Source of the DNA: Carpediemonas membranifera BICM
Lineage: Eukaryota; Protista; Fornicata
Reading direction: 5' to 3'
DNA: 64,000 nt
NCBI GenBank assembly: GCA_019828565.1
Contig: JAHDYR010000067.1
Span: 106,722-170,721, forward strand
The position numbers were made by a program, and so were the translations under genes. The notes beneath the pieces are model-generated. The model was not told where the DNA came from and did no database searches. It saw only the letters and a list, made by a program, of their open reading frames with translations. Positions 1-10,753 of the stretch are shown one piece after another (positions within the stretch are counted from its first letter, which is position 1; each line of letters opens with the position of its first letter).

Positions 1-902
1 GCATGAACTGACGCATTAAGAGAAGCGGGTCAGCATTTATCTCGGGCGCCGGGGCAGCCCTGTGTTAGTTGTTTGGTTGGCAACAAGAGGAAGAGTGCCG
101 GTGACCATATAAGGAAACTACTTTATCGATCGAGGCTCGCTTAGTTGACGTCTCCACTTGACTCTACCAGATCCCCGAGCATCCTGTGATAGTGCCGTCA
201 CATGCTCCGGTGTCAAGTCCATTCATCGGATTTCAAAGCCAGACCTGCAGCTCCATGGGTCGCCTGCCACGCTCCAGAAGTTTATCATTGCGGGACCACG
301 ACATGCTATGGAACAGGGTTGGTTCTCTTTGCGCCCTTCAGAAGCAATAATGAACGCCGGCACAAGGACGAGCCGCGCAGCTTACGATCATGCCAAATAA
401 AGACCATATAACAAAAAATTCCTCGGTCGAGACAAGCAGAGCTGACTTATCCAATTTATGATTGCTCACGTAAAGGTTGAGATTGGCTGACTCCCCAATG
501 CTGTGGTTGGACAGACAAAATAGAAGGCAGACGCAACATTGGGCCGAGAATAGGGAAGTACTGGCCGTGTAAGCTAGTTTCATGCCGATCTCATCTCACA
601 CCTCAGCTCTGTTGTCACCCACTTTTTTTCACGAAAATTCTAGAGTCGAGCAAGTCTCGATAGAAAAGAGTCCGCTGAATCGTTAACTAGAGTACGCTTT
701 GAGGGCTCTAAGCACCCTCATAGCCGAAGTACGGTAACGGCTGTATAATCTGATCGTTAGTGGGGCATTTGTCGACAAACCTGCAATGTTGTCTCAATCC
801 ACGATCAAATAGCTTCAATAACCAACATCAAGAGCCCAGAAGCTCATTAAACCACTTTGAAAGGTCAAATAGACCATATTCTCCGATCTAAAAGTTACTG
901 TT

Positions 903-1451
903 TTACATTGCCATCTTGTGTCTGGGTGTAAGCGGAGACACCTGGTTTTGGTGGCATTCATCGACAAACTTGGTGAAGCTGTGGCCCTCAAATACCTCAC
1001 CGCCGGACTTGCCGAGGATCTGCGCCTGCCGCTCCTTCTGGTCTTTGTCAATCATGCTATTGGCTAGCGTGCGAGCCAGAGAGGGGCTGCAAGCTGGGTT
1101 TGCTGGGTTAAACGCAGATCTTGGTGGCAGAGTCCGAGTGCGCTGCTGGCTCCCTGTGGGTGACATGGTTTCGGAGAAGGTCTTGGAAAACCCGACGTCG
1201 ATGGCAGTAACAGGGGTGCGAGGCATTCTACCGATCGTAGGGGAATCAGTAGTCATGTGGTTGAACTGCTCAGGCATCTTGGCCTTCTTCTCAAGGTGAA
1301 TTGAGATGTCCTGAGGCTTGTGGCGGACATCACGAGGCAAGGAGGACGCCAAGGGGGAACCTACCGTGCCATACACACCGTTTTCAATGCGAATATGCTC
1401 ATTCCAGTGCCCTGCCTCTTGAGCGGGTGTCAGATGATCGTCAAAGTCCAT
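903..1451 (-). CDS. hypothetical protein
   Basis: 182-aa ATG-started ORF in gene-dense region; no recognisable motif. Confidence 0.4.
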   Translation of the reverse strand: MDFDDHLTPAQEAGHWNEHIRIENGVYGTVGSPLASSLPRDVRHKPQDISIHLEKKAKMPEQFNHMTTDSPTIGRMPRTPVTAIDVGFSKTFSETMSPTGSQQRTRTLPPRSAFNPANPACSPSLARTLANSMIDKDQKERQAQILGKSGGEVFEGHSFTKFVDECHQNQVSPLTPRHKMAM

Positions 1452-1627
1452 TATCTATATTGTTGCCTCGAAACCCGAGTTTCGCCGCAGTCGAAATGAA
1501 GGACTCGGCATCAACCAACGCAATGGCAGCAGTCCATTCACCGCGCATGCCTTCGCCGACCTAATGCATAGTTTATTCCTACTTCTGGTGGTCTACCAGT
1601 TCTAAGATCCGCGCCATTCAACACCAA

Positions 1628-2359
1628 TCAGTATGGCGATGAAATGTAGGATGGTGACACGAAGTTGACCGTGGCATCTGAATACTGGCGCCGCCTACTA
1701 GCTGTCGGTGTCTCACTGAGCAATTGATACTGCTCCTTCTTGGTGCTCTTCTTGCGACCCTGGCATATCAACACCAACACGACGCACACACACAGGAGGG
1801 GAAGGACAGCAATCAGCGCCATGACCGTCGGGATGGGATATGCGGCAGTGACAATGGCCACGACGGCACCGAGGATGACCCACCAGAGACGGATGCCACG
1901 GCCGGAGGGGCCAGAGGGGTTTCCAAAGTTGAAAGGATCGGAACACCCACCGGCCTCGCCAGACGCGTCGAGGACGCAGGCAATGTACTTTCCCGCGCCC
2001 ATGGTGCCGACTGGGATGTAATAGAAGCCAGCGTTATCCTTCACCGTCTTCAGCGTGGTTACTGACAGGCTGACAGTGTTCTGAACATACAGGGAGAAGG
2101 GCTTCTGAGCGGTGCAGTATGATATGGCGGCTGTGAACCTATCCCAGGCGAAATACACCTCATCAGCACTTGGGATGTACTGCATTCCAGTCTTTGGGTC
2201 TGTTTTCCACACATTGATGCGGTCTCCGGGGACAGTGACGTTGAAAGTCGCTGTGGTGCAATCAAGGCTCTTGTGCAGAGCGCTGCTGGTATCAGCACAT
2301 GCAACAAGAGCTGTGAATAGCAGCAGCATGGCTACTATGCTTGTGCAGTGAACGTTCAT
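1628..2359 (-). CDS. membrane protein with signal peptide, Cys-containing ectodomain and C-terminal TM segment(s)
   Basis: Hydrophobic N-terminus (IVAMLLLFTALVAC), hydrophobic LWWVILGAVVAIV...LLCVCVVLVLIC followed by basic GRKKSTKK stop-transfer. Confidence 0.65.
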   Translation of the reverse strand: MNVHCTSIVAMLLLFTALVACADTSSALHKSLDCTTATFNVTVPGDRINVWKTDPKTGMQYIPSADEVYFAWDRFTAAISYCTAQKPFSLYVQNTVSLSVTTLKTVKDNAGFYYIPVGTMGAGKYIACVLDASGEAGGCSDPFNFGNPSGPSGRGIRLWWVILGAVVAIVTAAYPIPTVMALIAVLPLLCVCVVLVLICQGRKKSTKKEQYQLLSETPTASRRRQYSDATVNFVSPSYISSPY

Positions 2360-2462
2360 ATTGTACTGGCCTCCTGGCCTCGTGTCGACTCAAGATCGAC
2401 TCACTCGGCCAGACAACGCTCAATGACATCATTTACGTCACAAACTGATATACACACCCTTC

Positions 2463-4043
2463 TCACGTAAACAGAGGCCATATGAGGTCCTTGAGCAGCA
2501 GTCCGAGTGAGAAAAGGAAGCAGCCAGTCCCAACAACGATGACGAGGATGGGAAAGACTGTGTAGCTGTACCAGGAGCCGTAGGGCGTCTGCACAGCCTT
2601 CCTGGCTGACCCATCAACTGCTAGATGGGGTTGCATCGCCACGAGCTTCTTGACCCTGAACCGACTTCTGAGTTGAATGAGTGCAGGCGAGAAGAACATC
2701 AGCATGAAGGCGGCCAGACCCCCGAACTGGACGACAAGAGTTGCCTTCCTCACGATGGCTGCAGCGATGAGCGGCGGTAAAACTGCGCACAGTCGGGCGG
2801 CCAGCCTGAGGGTCTTCGAGTGTCGACCAAGGAAGGTGCCGGGCCCCCTGAGCTTCATCGGGAGAGACTGGGCGAGGTTGTTACCGAAGGTCACACCGTT
2901 GAGCGGGAACGCTGACAGTAGATCAATAGGTGGGAACATGATTACGAGATATGATATGATTACCGCGTACCAGACCCGGCGACCGCTCTCAGCGGTGTAA
3001 TTCATCCATTGCAGGGTGAGAACATCGGCTACATCTGAGCCAAAGTACAGAGTGGCGAATATACCGAGTGTGATGTAAAGGGTGCAGGTTGTGAGAATGG
3101 CACCAAAGAACACGCGGCGGGCATCACTCTTCCGCTTGAGCATGGAAAGCAGGGGCGTGGTGCTGTGGTGGAACAGCTGTGAGAACGTCGAGGTCGAGAA
3201 GACTTGGCCGATTCCATGCCAGTCGAATATCGGCGGGCGACGGTCGATGTATGGGAATGCATCCCTCGACCCCTCGCTGAACGGGTGGCGGGCAATAGCA
3301 GCTGCCAGAGTGACGAGCATGACAGCTATTGCGAAGAACCTGAATAGCGTGAGCGAGACCTGGACGATTGCTTGTTCCTTCATCTCAGAACATGACAGAG
3401 GAATGACCACAAGTGCAAAGACTGCGAGGAAGAGCCAGTAAGCACCCTTGCACTTCCAGCTCTCGTGTTCCGAGTACATGTCGCATTCTCCTGCCGTTGT
3501 GACCCAGGGAATGGGGATGGCCAGTGCCATGCTCGACGCAAAGATGCCAGCGTACGTCCATAGCGCAGAGAACATGTAAAGCATGAGGCACACCTCGTAG
3601 AACCTCTGCCCGATGACGCCGTAGAAGATCTTCATCAGTTCATTACCCTCGTAGCATGTTTCAATCGAGAAGGGAATCCGAGCCGATGTCCCAAGGTCCG
3701 TGTCACCAAGAACTGGGCTGACAGGCGACATTGCTGGTGAGGAGAGGAGCGTGAGGCTCTCGTCACCGAAGACGCTCTCGCTCTCGTCTCTCCTGTGCTT
3801 CCGAACCTCGACAGCTCGTGTCAATTCAGATGCACGGCCACTGGATTCCACCTGCCACATTGCAGTTACAGCGGCGATGACACTAACGCTCAATATGAAT
3901 ATGATACTCAGCCCAATGCCGCCGTGGGCCATGGCAGCAGGAATTTCAAGGCATCCAACGCCTAGTATGTAGTTAATCGTGAAAGCATACGTTGCAATGG
4001 CACTTGGTGCCGTAGATTTGAATGTTCTGAAGTTAAAGGCCAT
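2463..4043 (-). CDS. amino acid transporter (Aa_trans/AAAP family, TMEM104-like)
   Basis: 526 aa, ~11 hydrophobic segments, N-terminal NYILGVGCLEIP motif, FSQLFHHS and SAFPL motifs. Confidence 0.85.
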   Translation of the reverse strand: MAFNFRTFKSTAPSAIATYAFTINYILGVGCLEIPAAMAHGGIGLSIIFILSVSVIAAVTAMWQVESSGRASELTRAVEVRKHRRDESESVFGDESLTLLSSPAMSPVSPVLGDTDLGTSARIPFSIETCYEGNELMKIFYGVIGQRFYEVCLMLYMFSALWTYAGIFASSMALAIPIPWVTTAGECDMYSEHESWKCKGAYWLFLAVFALVVIPLSCSEMKEQAIVQVSLTLFRFFAIAVMLVTLAAAIARHPFSEGSRDAFPYIDRRPPIFDWHGIGQVFSTSTFSQLFHHSTTPLLSMLKRKSDARRVFFGAILTTCTLYITLGIFATLYFGSDVADVLTLQWMNYTAESGRRVWYAVIISYLVIMFPPIDLLSAFPLNGVTFGNNLAQSLPMKLRGPGTFLGRHSKTLRLAARLCAVLPPLIAAAIVRKATLVVQFGGLAAFMLMFFSPALIQLRSRFRVKKLVAMQPHLAVDGSARKAVQTPYGSWYSYTVFPILVIVVGTGCFLFSLGLLLKDLIWPLFT

Positions 4044-4400
4044 GAATATCGCCTCCGCTTTGTGGGTTCACGGTTTTGCTTGCGGACCCAAAGATTGGCT
4101 GAATCTATTTCGACCTACACTCGATCTAGCAGACCAATTGAGACCATCACCCGGTGCTGGTTGGGTACATCCCAGGTTGACCGGCGTGAATATTGAGTTT
4201 CTAAAGCTATGACAATCAGATCATGAAGGAATCACGATAGATTCGAACGAGATTACCCGTCAGGCGCCGCTGAATAATCACTTTGTCTGAAACGGCAGTA
4301 GTTTCGCCAGATAGCCTCCTTCCATACGAGAGGTGTGCGTTCTAGCCAATCACAACGAAGGAATGCATTTACGCTGAAACTACCGTATGACATAACAACA

Positions 4401-7400
4401 TCACCGCCGGGTCAGCGTGACTCTGAGCTGGCGGGAAGACTGGAAGCGCTTGAGCCATGCCGCGTCATCCCCTACTCTAGAAAGGTCTGCAGCGCGTGGC
4501 GAGGCAGCACTAACAGGCCGGGTTTGCTCTGGCACCCTCAGCGTGGCAGCGGGGTTGGAGATAGGCTGAGGCATGATCACAGCTGCGGGTATCTTGATCG
4601 GAGCGAGTACAACACCGACACTGGCCGCCAGCCGCTCAGTCCAGGCGAGACGCTCGGCAAGACTGTGGCGCTCAAGATGATACTGCTCAATCCTCGCAGC
4701 AACCTTCGCACCGAGCCTATAGGTCTCCTCACCCTCAATCTCAGCTAGTACATTGGTCTCCCCCAGCAAGTGAGCTCGGGTGGACGCTAGTTGTTTGACT
4801 TCTGACTTGGCCCAACGCTCTTCTGACTTGATGAAGACGGCTACACGTGTCTCTGCATCCTTAGCTGCCTTCTCTTGCAGCTTTGTCATGTGTCGCTTTT
4901 GTCGGCTGATATTGGTGGCGATAATCTCTAAATCTCGGTGCCCCTTCTCAATCTTCTTCGAGATATCGTGACATTCAGCGGTCACCATCTGCCACTCTTC
5001 GTTGGCAGCCCCTAGAGCGTCCTGTTGCCGTTCCATCTTCGCTTTCATATCCTGTTGTTGACGCCGCAGCTCATCTCTCATGCTCTCAGCTTCCTCGTCG
5101 ATGCCGGCGAGCTCAGCCTTACGGGCTGCGATCTTCTGCTCAACCCTCACCAACTCCGCTTGTTTCGACTCTGTAACGCGTTGGGCTGCCTCGTACGCCC
5201 TTCGTTCGGCTGTCTCTACCTCCTGCTTGGCCCTGGCGATGTCCTCATCCATCTCTCTGAGAGTACTTCTCTTGGCGCTGATCTCGGCGTCTAGGCTGCT
5301 CTTAATCCGCTCATACTCCTTCGTCAGACGGGCCTTCTGGGTCTCAGCCGCGGCAGCTCTCGTCTCGAGCTCAGCGTTAGCCTGGCGGAGCTCCTCCTCG
5401 GTGGAGTCTAGCTCCTGTCGCGCAGTCGCCAGGTCATTGTTGAGACCTCTCACGCTCGACATCAGCGTATCTCTCTGCTGGGCGACTTGCTCTCGTTGAC
5501 GATCGAGGGTCTCCTGCATCTCCGACTGTGCCCTGGAAAGCTCATCTTGCTGGGCCTCCAGGCTGGCGTTGACTGTTGCAAGTTCGAGGCGGCTGGATGC
5601 TACCTGCGCGGTGACCTCGGTCAGCTCGTGTTCGACAGTCTCGAGCTCAGCCTTGCGCTTCTGGGCAAGCTCAGCTTCGCGAAGCACAGAGCTGAGCTCC
5701 TTGCGCTTGGATTCAATCTCGTCGGTCAAGCCGTTCAGCGTGCGCTCGTGCTCGACCTTGGAAGATGTCTGCGACTCGCGGTTGCGAGAGATCGATGCCT
5801 TGAGGTCATCCAGCTCCGCCTTGTGCTCAGCGACTGCGCTGTCGAGTCTGTCGAGTTCGGAGCTGCGCTCAGCCTCGCGTGCAGCCACGGAAGAGTTGAG
5901 GGATGAAAGCTCGAGCTTGCTGGCGGTGACCTGCGCGGTGACCTCGGTTAACTCGGCCTCGACGCTGTCGAGCTTGGCCTTGCGCTCCTTGGCGAGGTCA
6001 GCCTCCTTCTGAAGTGATGCGAGCTCCTTGCGCTTGGTCTCGATCTCAGCTTTCAGGCCGCTGAGTGCAGCCTGCTGCTCGGTCTGTGACTCGCGGCTGC
6101 GAGTGATGGATGTCTTGAGATCTTCAAGCTCGGCCTTCTTACCCGCAACCTCGGCGTCAAGCTTCTGAAGATCGGAGCTGCGCTCGCTTTCCTTCACGGC
6201 GAGGGATGAGCCGATTGAAGAAAGCTCGCGTCTACTTGAAGTGAGTTGCGCGGTGACCTCGGTCAGCTCGTGTTCGACAGTCTCGAGCTCAGCCTTGCGC
6301 TTCTGGGCAAGCTCAGCTTCGCGAAGCACAGAGCTGAGCTCCTTGCGCTTGGATTCAATCTCGTCGGTCAAGCCGTTCAGCGTGCGCTCGTGCTCGACCT
6401 TGGAAGATGTCTGCGACTCGCGGTTGCGAGAGATCGATGCCTTGAGGTCATCCAGCTCCGCCTTGTGCTCAGCGACTGCGCTGTCGAGTCTGTCGAGTTC
6501 GGAGCTGCGCTCAGCCTCGCGTGCAGCCACGGAAGAGTTGAGGGATGAAAGCTCGAGCTTGCTGGCGGTGACCTGCGCGGTGACCTCGGTTAACTCGGCC
6601 TCGACGCTGTCGAGCTTGGCCTTGCGCTCCTTGGCGAGGTCAGCCTCCTTCTGAAGTGATGCGAGCTCCTTGCGCTTGGTCTCGATCTCAGCTTTCAGGC
6701 CGCTGAGTGCAGCCTGCTGCTCGGTCTGTGACTCGCGGCTGCGAGTGATGGATGTCTTGAGATCTTCAAGCTCGGCCTTCTTACCCGCAACCTCGGCGTC
6801 AAGCTTCTGAAGATCGGAGCTGCGCTCGCTTTCCTTCACGGCGAGGGATGAGCCGATTGAAGAAAGCTCGCGTCTACTTGAAGTGAGTTGCGCGGTGACC
6901 TCGGTCAGCTCGTGTTCGACAGTCTCGAGCTCAGCCTTGCGCTTCTGGGCAAGCTCAGCTTCGCGAAGCACAGAGCTGAGCTCCTTGCGCTTGGATTCAA
7001 TCTCGTCGGTCAAGCCGTTCAGCGTGCGCTCGTGCTCGACCTTGGAAGATGTCTGCGACTCGCGGTTGCGAGAGATCGATGCCTTGAGGTCATCCAGCTC
7101 CGCCTTGCGCTCAGCGACTGCGCTGTCGAGTCTGTCGAGTTCGGAGCTGCGCTCAGCCTCGCGTGCAGCCACGGAAGAGTTGAGGGATGAAAGCTCGAGC
7201 TTGCTGGCGGTGACCTGCGCGGTGACCTCGGTTAACTCGGCCTCGACGCTGTCGAGCTTGGCCTTGCGCTCCTTGGCGAGGTCAGCCTCCTTCTGAAGTG
7301 ATGCGAGCTCCTTGCGCTTGGTCTCGATCTCAGCTTTCAGGCCGCTGAGTGCAGCCTGCTGCTCGGTCTGTGACTCGCGGCTGCGAGTGATGGATGTCTT

Positions 7401-8111
7401 GAGATCTTCAAGCTCGGCCTTCTTACCCGTAACCTCGGCGTCCAGCGTCCCGTCCTCACCATTGCTCGTCGTCTCCTTCAGCTCGTCCTTCGACGCACGG
7501 GTCGTGTCTGGCGAGAAGCTCAGGCGGCGTCGTCCACGGCTGGTAAGCTCATCGAGCTCATCTTCGATCGAGTCAAAGTCTACAGCATCCACCAAGCCGT
7601 CAATACCGGGCAAATCGAGCTCGGCCGGGGGTTGTTTCTTCCCACCGACTTCGAGGCTTTGTGTCATCCGCATACTCCTCTCGAGAAGAGGCTCGGCATC
7701 GGTCTTGGGCAGAGGAGTACGCATGCCGTCTCTGGTGCTCTTGAGCATCTCTTTCTTCGCCTTTTCCTGCTTGTACCGATCCTTGAAGATCTTGTCGCAG
7801 GGGTGCTCCCACGTACTCTCCTGTGTCTCGAAGTTGAAGTAAAACACGTTGCTGTCGTTCGACTGGCATGGCTTCCAGTTCTCTGGGAGTGGCGTTTTGA
7901 GCGCATCGCGGGCAATATAGTACAAATCTTCGTCTTCTTCTGGAATACCGAGATATGTGGCATATTCCTTGATCTCCTCCTCGGTGGGCTCATAATTTGG
8001 ATCAACCACCTCTTCTAGCACCTGAACAGAGTCGTCATTCATTTGGCTATCGAGATCTCGGACACGAGTTTTTGCCGTATTCTGCGGCTTTTTGCGATGG
8101 TCATGGGCCAC
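4401..8111 (-). CDS. CEP164: CEP164-like centriolar protein (N-terminal WW domain + long coiled coil); start codon uncertain
   Basis: VLEEVVDPNYEPTEEEIKEYATYLGI...PLPENWKPC...FYFNFETQESTWEHPCD matches the CEP164 N-terminal/WW module; remainder is heptad coiled coil. Confidence 0.8.
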   Translation of the reverse strand: MAHDHRKKPQNTAKTRVRDLDSQMNDDSVQVLEEVVDPNYEPTEEEIKEYATYLGIPEEDEDLYYIARDALKTPLPENWKPCQSNDSNVFYFNFETQESTWEHPCDKIFKDRYKQEKAKKEMLKSTRDGMRTPLPKTDAEPLLERSMRMTQSLEVGGKKQPPAELDLPGIDGLVDAVDFDSIEDELDELTSRGRRRLSFSPDTTRASKDELKETTSNGEDGTLDAEVTGKKAELEDLKTSITRSRESQTEQQAALSGLKAEIETKRKELASLQKEADLAKERKAKLDSVEAELTEVTAQVTASKLELSSLNSSVAAREAERSSELDRLDSAVAERKAELDDLKASISRNRESQTSSKVEHERTLNGLTDEIESKRKELSSVLREAELAQKRKAELETVEHELTEVTAQLTSSRRELSSIGSSLAVKESERSSDLQKLDAEVAGKKAELEDLKTSITRSRESQTEQQAALSGLKAEIETKRKELASLQKEADLAKERKAKLDSVEAELTEVTAQVTASKLELSSLNSSVAAREAERSSELDRLDSAVAEHKAELDDLKASISRNRESQTSSKVEHERTLNGLTDEIESKRKELSSVLREAELAQKRKAELETVEHELTEVTAQLTSSRRELSSIGSSLAVKESERSSDLQKLDAEVAGKKAELEDLKTSITRSRESQTEQQAALSGLKAEIETKRKELASLQKEADLAKERKAKLDSVEAELTEVTAQVTASKLELSSLNSSVAAREAERSSELDRLDSAVAEHKAELDDLKASISRNRESQTSSKVEHERTLNGLTDEIESKRKELSSVLREAELAQKRKAELETVEHELTEVTAQVASSRLELATVNASLEAQQDELSRAQSEMQETLDRQREQVAQQRDTLMSSVRGLNNDLATARQELDSTEEELRQANAELETRAAAAETQKARLTKEYERIKSSLDAEISAKRSTLREMDEDIARAKQEVETAERRAYEAAQRVTESKQAELVRVEQKIAARKAELAGIDEEAESMRDELRRQQQDMKAKMERQQDALGAANEEWQMVTAECHDISKKIEKGHRDLEIIATNISRQKRHMTKLQEKAAKDAETRVAVFIKSEERWAKSEVKQLASTRAHLLGETNVLAEIEGEETYRLGAKVAARIEQYHLERHSLAERLAWTERLAASVGVVLAPIKIPAAVIMPQPISNPAATLRVPEQTRPVSAASPRAADLSRVGDDAAWLKRFQSSRQLRVTLTRR
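5605..7442. repeat. intragenic tandem repeat, 642-bp (214-aa) unit, ~2.9 copies, near identical
   Basis: Anchor TGCGCGGTGACCTCGGTCAGCTCG recurs at 5605, 6247, 6889. Confidence 0.95.
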
Positions 8112-8345
8112 GCGCGCTGGGTCTGGAGACGGAATCTACTCAGGTAGTGGCCATGCTGACCGACTGTCTATTAGTATTGCTGACTCCAGGCTGAATTGGG
8201 ACAAATTGTGCAGGAAGGGTCGAATAATGGATAGCTCTCTGTCTGTCTGTTACGGCACCAATACGCACCAGCACGTCCAACTTGCGGAGGTACTGTATGA
8301 TTGTATGACCGCCGCATTTTTAGAACAGAAACGCCAAATTTCTCA

Positions 8346-9272
8346 ATGCTGGGGGAAGCAGGCCCGTTCAGGTTTCTTAGAAGGAAGAAGCATGTGAAGG
8401 ATATCCTGAATGATCTAGAAACTGCGGCTGCGCGTGTCAGGCAGCGGCAACTCCGGTTTCTTGGCATCGCACACCGTTTCTTCATGGTCACTTCGCTAGC
8501 ACTGATGGCAATCACTGTCATCGTTAGCTTTGTCCTATTTATGCATTTCCCTTTCCACAGGATGCCTGAAGAGCTTACTACCGGCCATATTGTCGGCATC
8601 TTTATCCTATTCACTCTCACAGCTGTTGTAGCCTCATTCGTGGTCCTTTTCCGCGTGTACATCAAGCTACGTACCGGTATATCTAATTACTTCGATCTCA
8701 AGATCCAGGACTACAACGACCGTATGCAGGCGACTGTCAACAAGCTTAAGGAGACAAGCAGCTTCTACGAAACTCTGCAGCTCATCAAGCAGTACGCGCC
8801 TGATGAGTTTAGCGAGCTCCCCGCCAACATCAAGATGATCGTCACCTCCCCCTCTGCCCCCTCTCCGACGGAGGACGTCGAGCCCCTGATGAGGGTCGCA
8901 CCCCCGCCAGACACGCCTATAGTTGGCCACGGTGTCGTGGGTAAGAAGGGTCTATTCCTACGCATGATGGACGCCGTGGTGTCTTCTGTGGTTTCTGACT
9001 CTCCCGAGAGTCGTATGGCCCTCATATGCGGCCGTTGCCACTCACACAACGGCCTGGTGCCAATGGAAGATTTTGTCAACGGCGAGATCACGTACAGATG
9101 TCCAGTATGTCATGCGCTCAATACGACCAACGGCGGGACAGCAGTTCACGAGGTTGACTCCTTTGCTGATGACGACCTTGCCGACGAGGAGGTTCTCTCG
9201 ATCATGACTGATACGACCAGGGGCGCTCTCAGCGACACTAGCAGACTCACACCTACCTCGCCATTTACATGA
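8346..9272 (+). CDS. LNPK: Lunapark (ER three-way junction protein)
   Basis: Two TM segments, coiled coil, ETLQLIKQY, C-terminal ALICGRCHSHNGL...YRCPVCHALN zinc ribbon; first ATG at 8346. Confidence 0.85.
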   Translation: MLGEAGPFRFLRRKKHVKDILNDLETAAARVRQRQLRFLGIAHRFFMVTSLALMAITVIVSFVLFMHFPFHRMPEELTTGHIVGIFILFTLTAVVASFVVLFRVYIKLRTGISNYFDLKIQDYNDRMQATVNKLKETSSFYETLQLIKQYAPDEFSELPANIKMIVTSPSAPSPTEDVEPLMRVAPPPDTPIVGHGVVGKKGLFLRMMDAVVSSVVSDSPESRMALICGRCHSHNGLVPMEDFVNGEITYRCPVCHALNTTNGGTAVHEVDSFADDDLADEEVLSIMTDTTRGALSDTSRLTPTSPFT

Positions 9273-9346
9273 GAATGCGGGTCATGTATATTTTCTCGGA
9301 TGATCGATAAACTTTTCTTCGATGATGATGGAAGCAGGGTGGTCGC

Positions 9347-9817
9347 TCACGATCTAAACTTGGCTATGAGGTCAAATGTTGACTGCACAGTGCTCTCAAA
9401 CAAGCTCTGAGATGGCATGGGTGTCAATGCTGTCTGTGTCTCAGCCCCTGCTCTTGCGGGGGACACATACTCAGAGTCGGGTGACTGTACAGAATATGGC
9501 CGGAACGGGTCTGGCGTTCGGCCAGTACTTGGTACCGCCCTCGGAGACTCCTGTGGCGATGCCGACGGAGAAGGATCCGGTGTGGCCGCTAGAGGCTCGG
9601 GTGATGGAACCGAGTCCGTCGATGGAGACTCCGCCCATGCTCTAGAGGTGCGGAGAGAGTGGTCATATATACTAGATGTTGAACACAAAGAGGCGTTAGT
9701 GCGCCTGGAAACGGAGTAGGATGACATTGGAGAAATAATCGGAGATGCAGCAAGCTGCTCACTCTTTTGCGCATACTTCGAGAGAAGCCTGCTGATTTGG
9801 TCTTCAATTTTGCTCAT
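9347..9817 (-). CDS. hypothetical Ser/Pro-rich protein
   Basis: 156-aa ATG ORF filling intergenic gap. Confidence 0.5.
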   Translation of the reverse strand: MSKIEDQISRLLSKYAQKSEQLAASPIISPMSSYSVSRRTNASLCSTSSIYDHSLRTSRAWAESPSTDSVPSPEPLAATPDPSPSASPQESPRAVPSTGRTPDPFRPYSVQSPDSEYVSPARAGAETQTALTPMPSQSLFESTVQSTFDLIAKFRS

Positions 9818-9919
9818 GCTGTCTCGATTGCCCCTAAGGCGCCGTGGTAGTCCGCCACAGAAGTTCTTTAATCAGTTGATTACTACACCATCGGAATCAC
9901 CTAATCGCGGTCCGCAGCT

Positions 9920-10678
9920 TTACTTCTCCTCCAAGATCTTCAGGATGCTTGGTGTGGCGCGAGGGGTCGACCAGACATGCTCGGCCGTCCCCGCGCTCAG
10001 CGTCGTACACGGGTCAGAAGACGTCAGCGGCGTGTCGAGCGGCTTATTGCTGCACTTCCAGTGTGTCACGCGTTTCTGATAGAACCCGGCGAGGGACGAC
10101 GGAATGGGGCCATGGACCGAGTCGGTCAGCATGAGGCGGTTCACGCGGTCAGTGAAGCCCGGGACCTCCTTGGCCGCGCGCAGCATGCAGACGCCGCCGT
10201 AGCTATGGGCAATGATGTCGACTGTGATCTCCGTGTCGAGCGGCTCGATGAGCTCGGTCCAATACTGCGCGGTGTGGTGATGCGGGTGCGAGGTGGCGTT
10301 CGGGTTCGGCACAATGACGGGTATGCCACGCTCATGCGCCCAACGCACTATGGGCAGCATAGAACCGTCATCCAAGCTGTTGTTGATGATGACTGAGCGC
10401 GCCCATTGCCCGAGGGTGACGAGGCCGGTACCTTGATGGAGAATGAGCACGCGGCTGAACTTCTTTGTCGAGAAGGAGCTAGATACGAGCACCGTGCATT
10501 CTGAGGCCGTGTTCTCTCCCACGGTCCGCTCCTCCATGCCGAGGGTGCACATCGCCTCGATTGTGTGCTGCTTCACGTATACCGCGAGTTCCTCGTATGC
10601 ATCCTCTGTTGTAAATGCGAATGGCTCACCTGTGTCCTTGTGCGCGAGCTTTCCGTCTTTAAAGCTGTATTCGATCAT
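9920..10678 (-). CDS. Arb2/FAM172A-family alpha/beta-hydrolase-fold protein
   Basis: LHQGTGLVTLGQWARSVIINNSLDDGSMLP, NPN, IIAHSYGG, LTDSVH, SAGTAEH motifs. Confidence 0.85.
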   Translation of the reverse strand: MIEYSFKDGKLAHKDTGEPFAFTTEDAYEELAVYVKQHTIEAMCTLGMEERTVGENTASECTVLVSSSFSTKKFSRVLILHQGTGLVTLGQWARSVIINNSLDDGSMLPIVRWAHERGIPVIVPNPNATSHPHHHTAQYWTELIEPLDTEITVDIIAHSYGGVCMLRAAKEVPGFTDRVNRLMLTDSVHGPIPSSLAGFYQKRVTHWKCSNKPLDTPLTSSDPCTTLSAGTAEHVWSTPRATPSILKILEEK

Positions 10679-10753
10679 TCGTTGTACAGTCAAGTTGGGT
10701 CGCGACCTACTGGTTGGATGATAGCACTGGCAAGCTCAATCAATCCTTTACAC

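Noticed and set aside
1-583. Possible intron-containing minus-strand gene starting at 583
   Set aside because: Could not build a convincing exon structure or recognise a domain
4335-7842. Numerous plus-strand ORFs over the CEP164-like gene and similar shadow ORFs over other GC-rich genes
   Set aside because: Antisense or alternate-frame shadows of real genes; low-complexity translations
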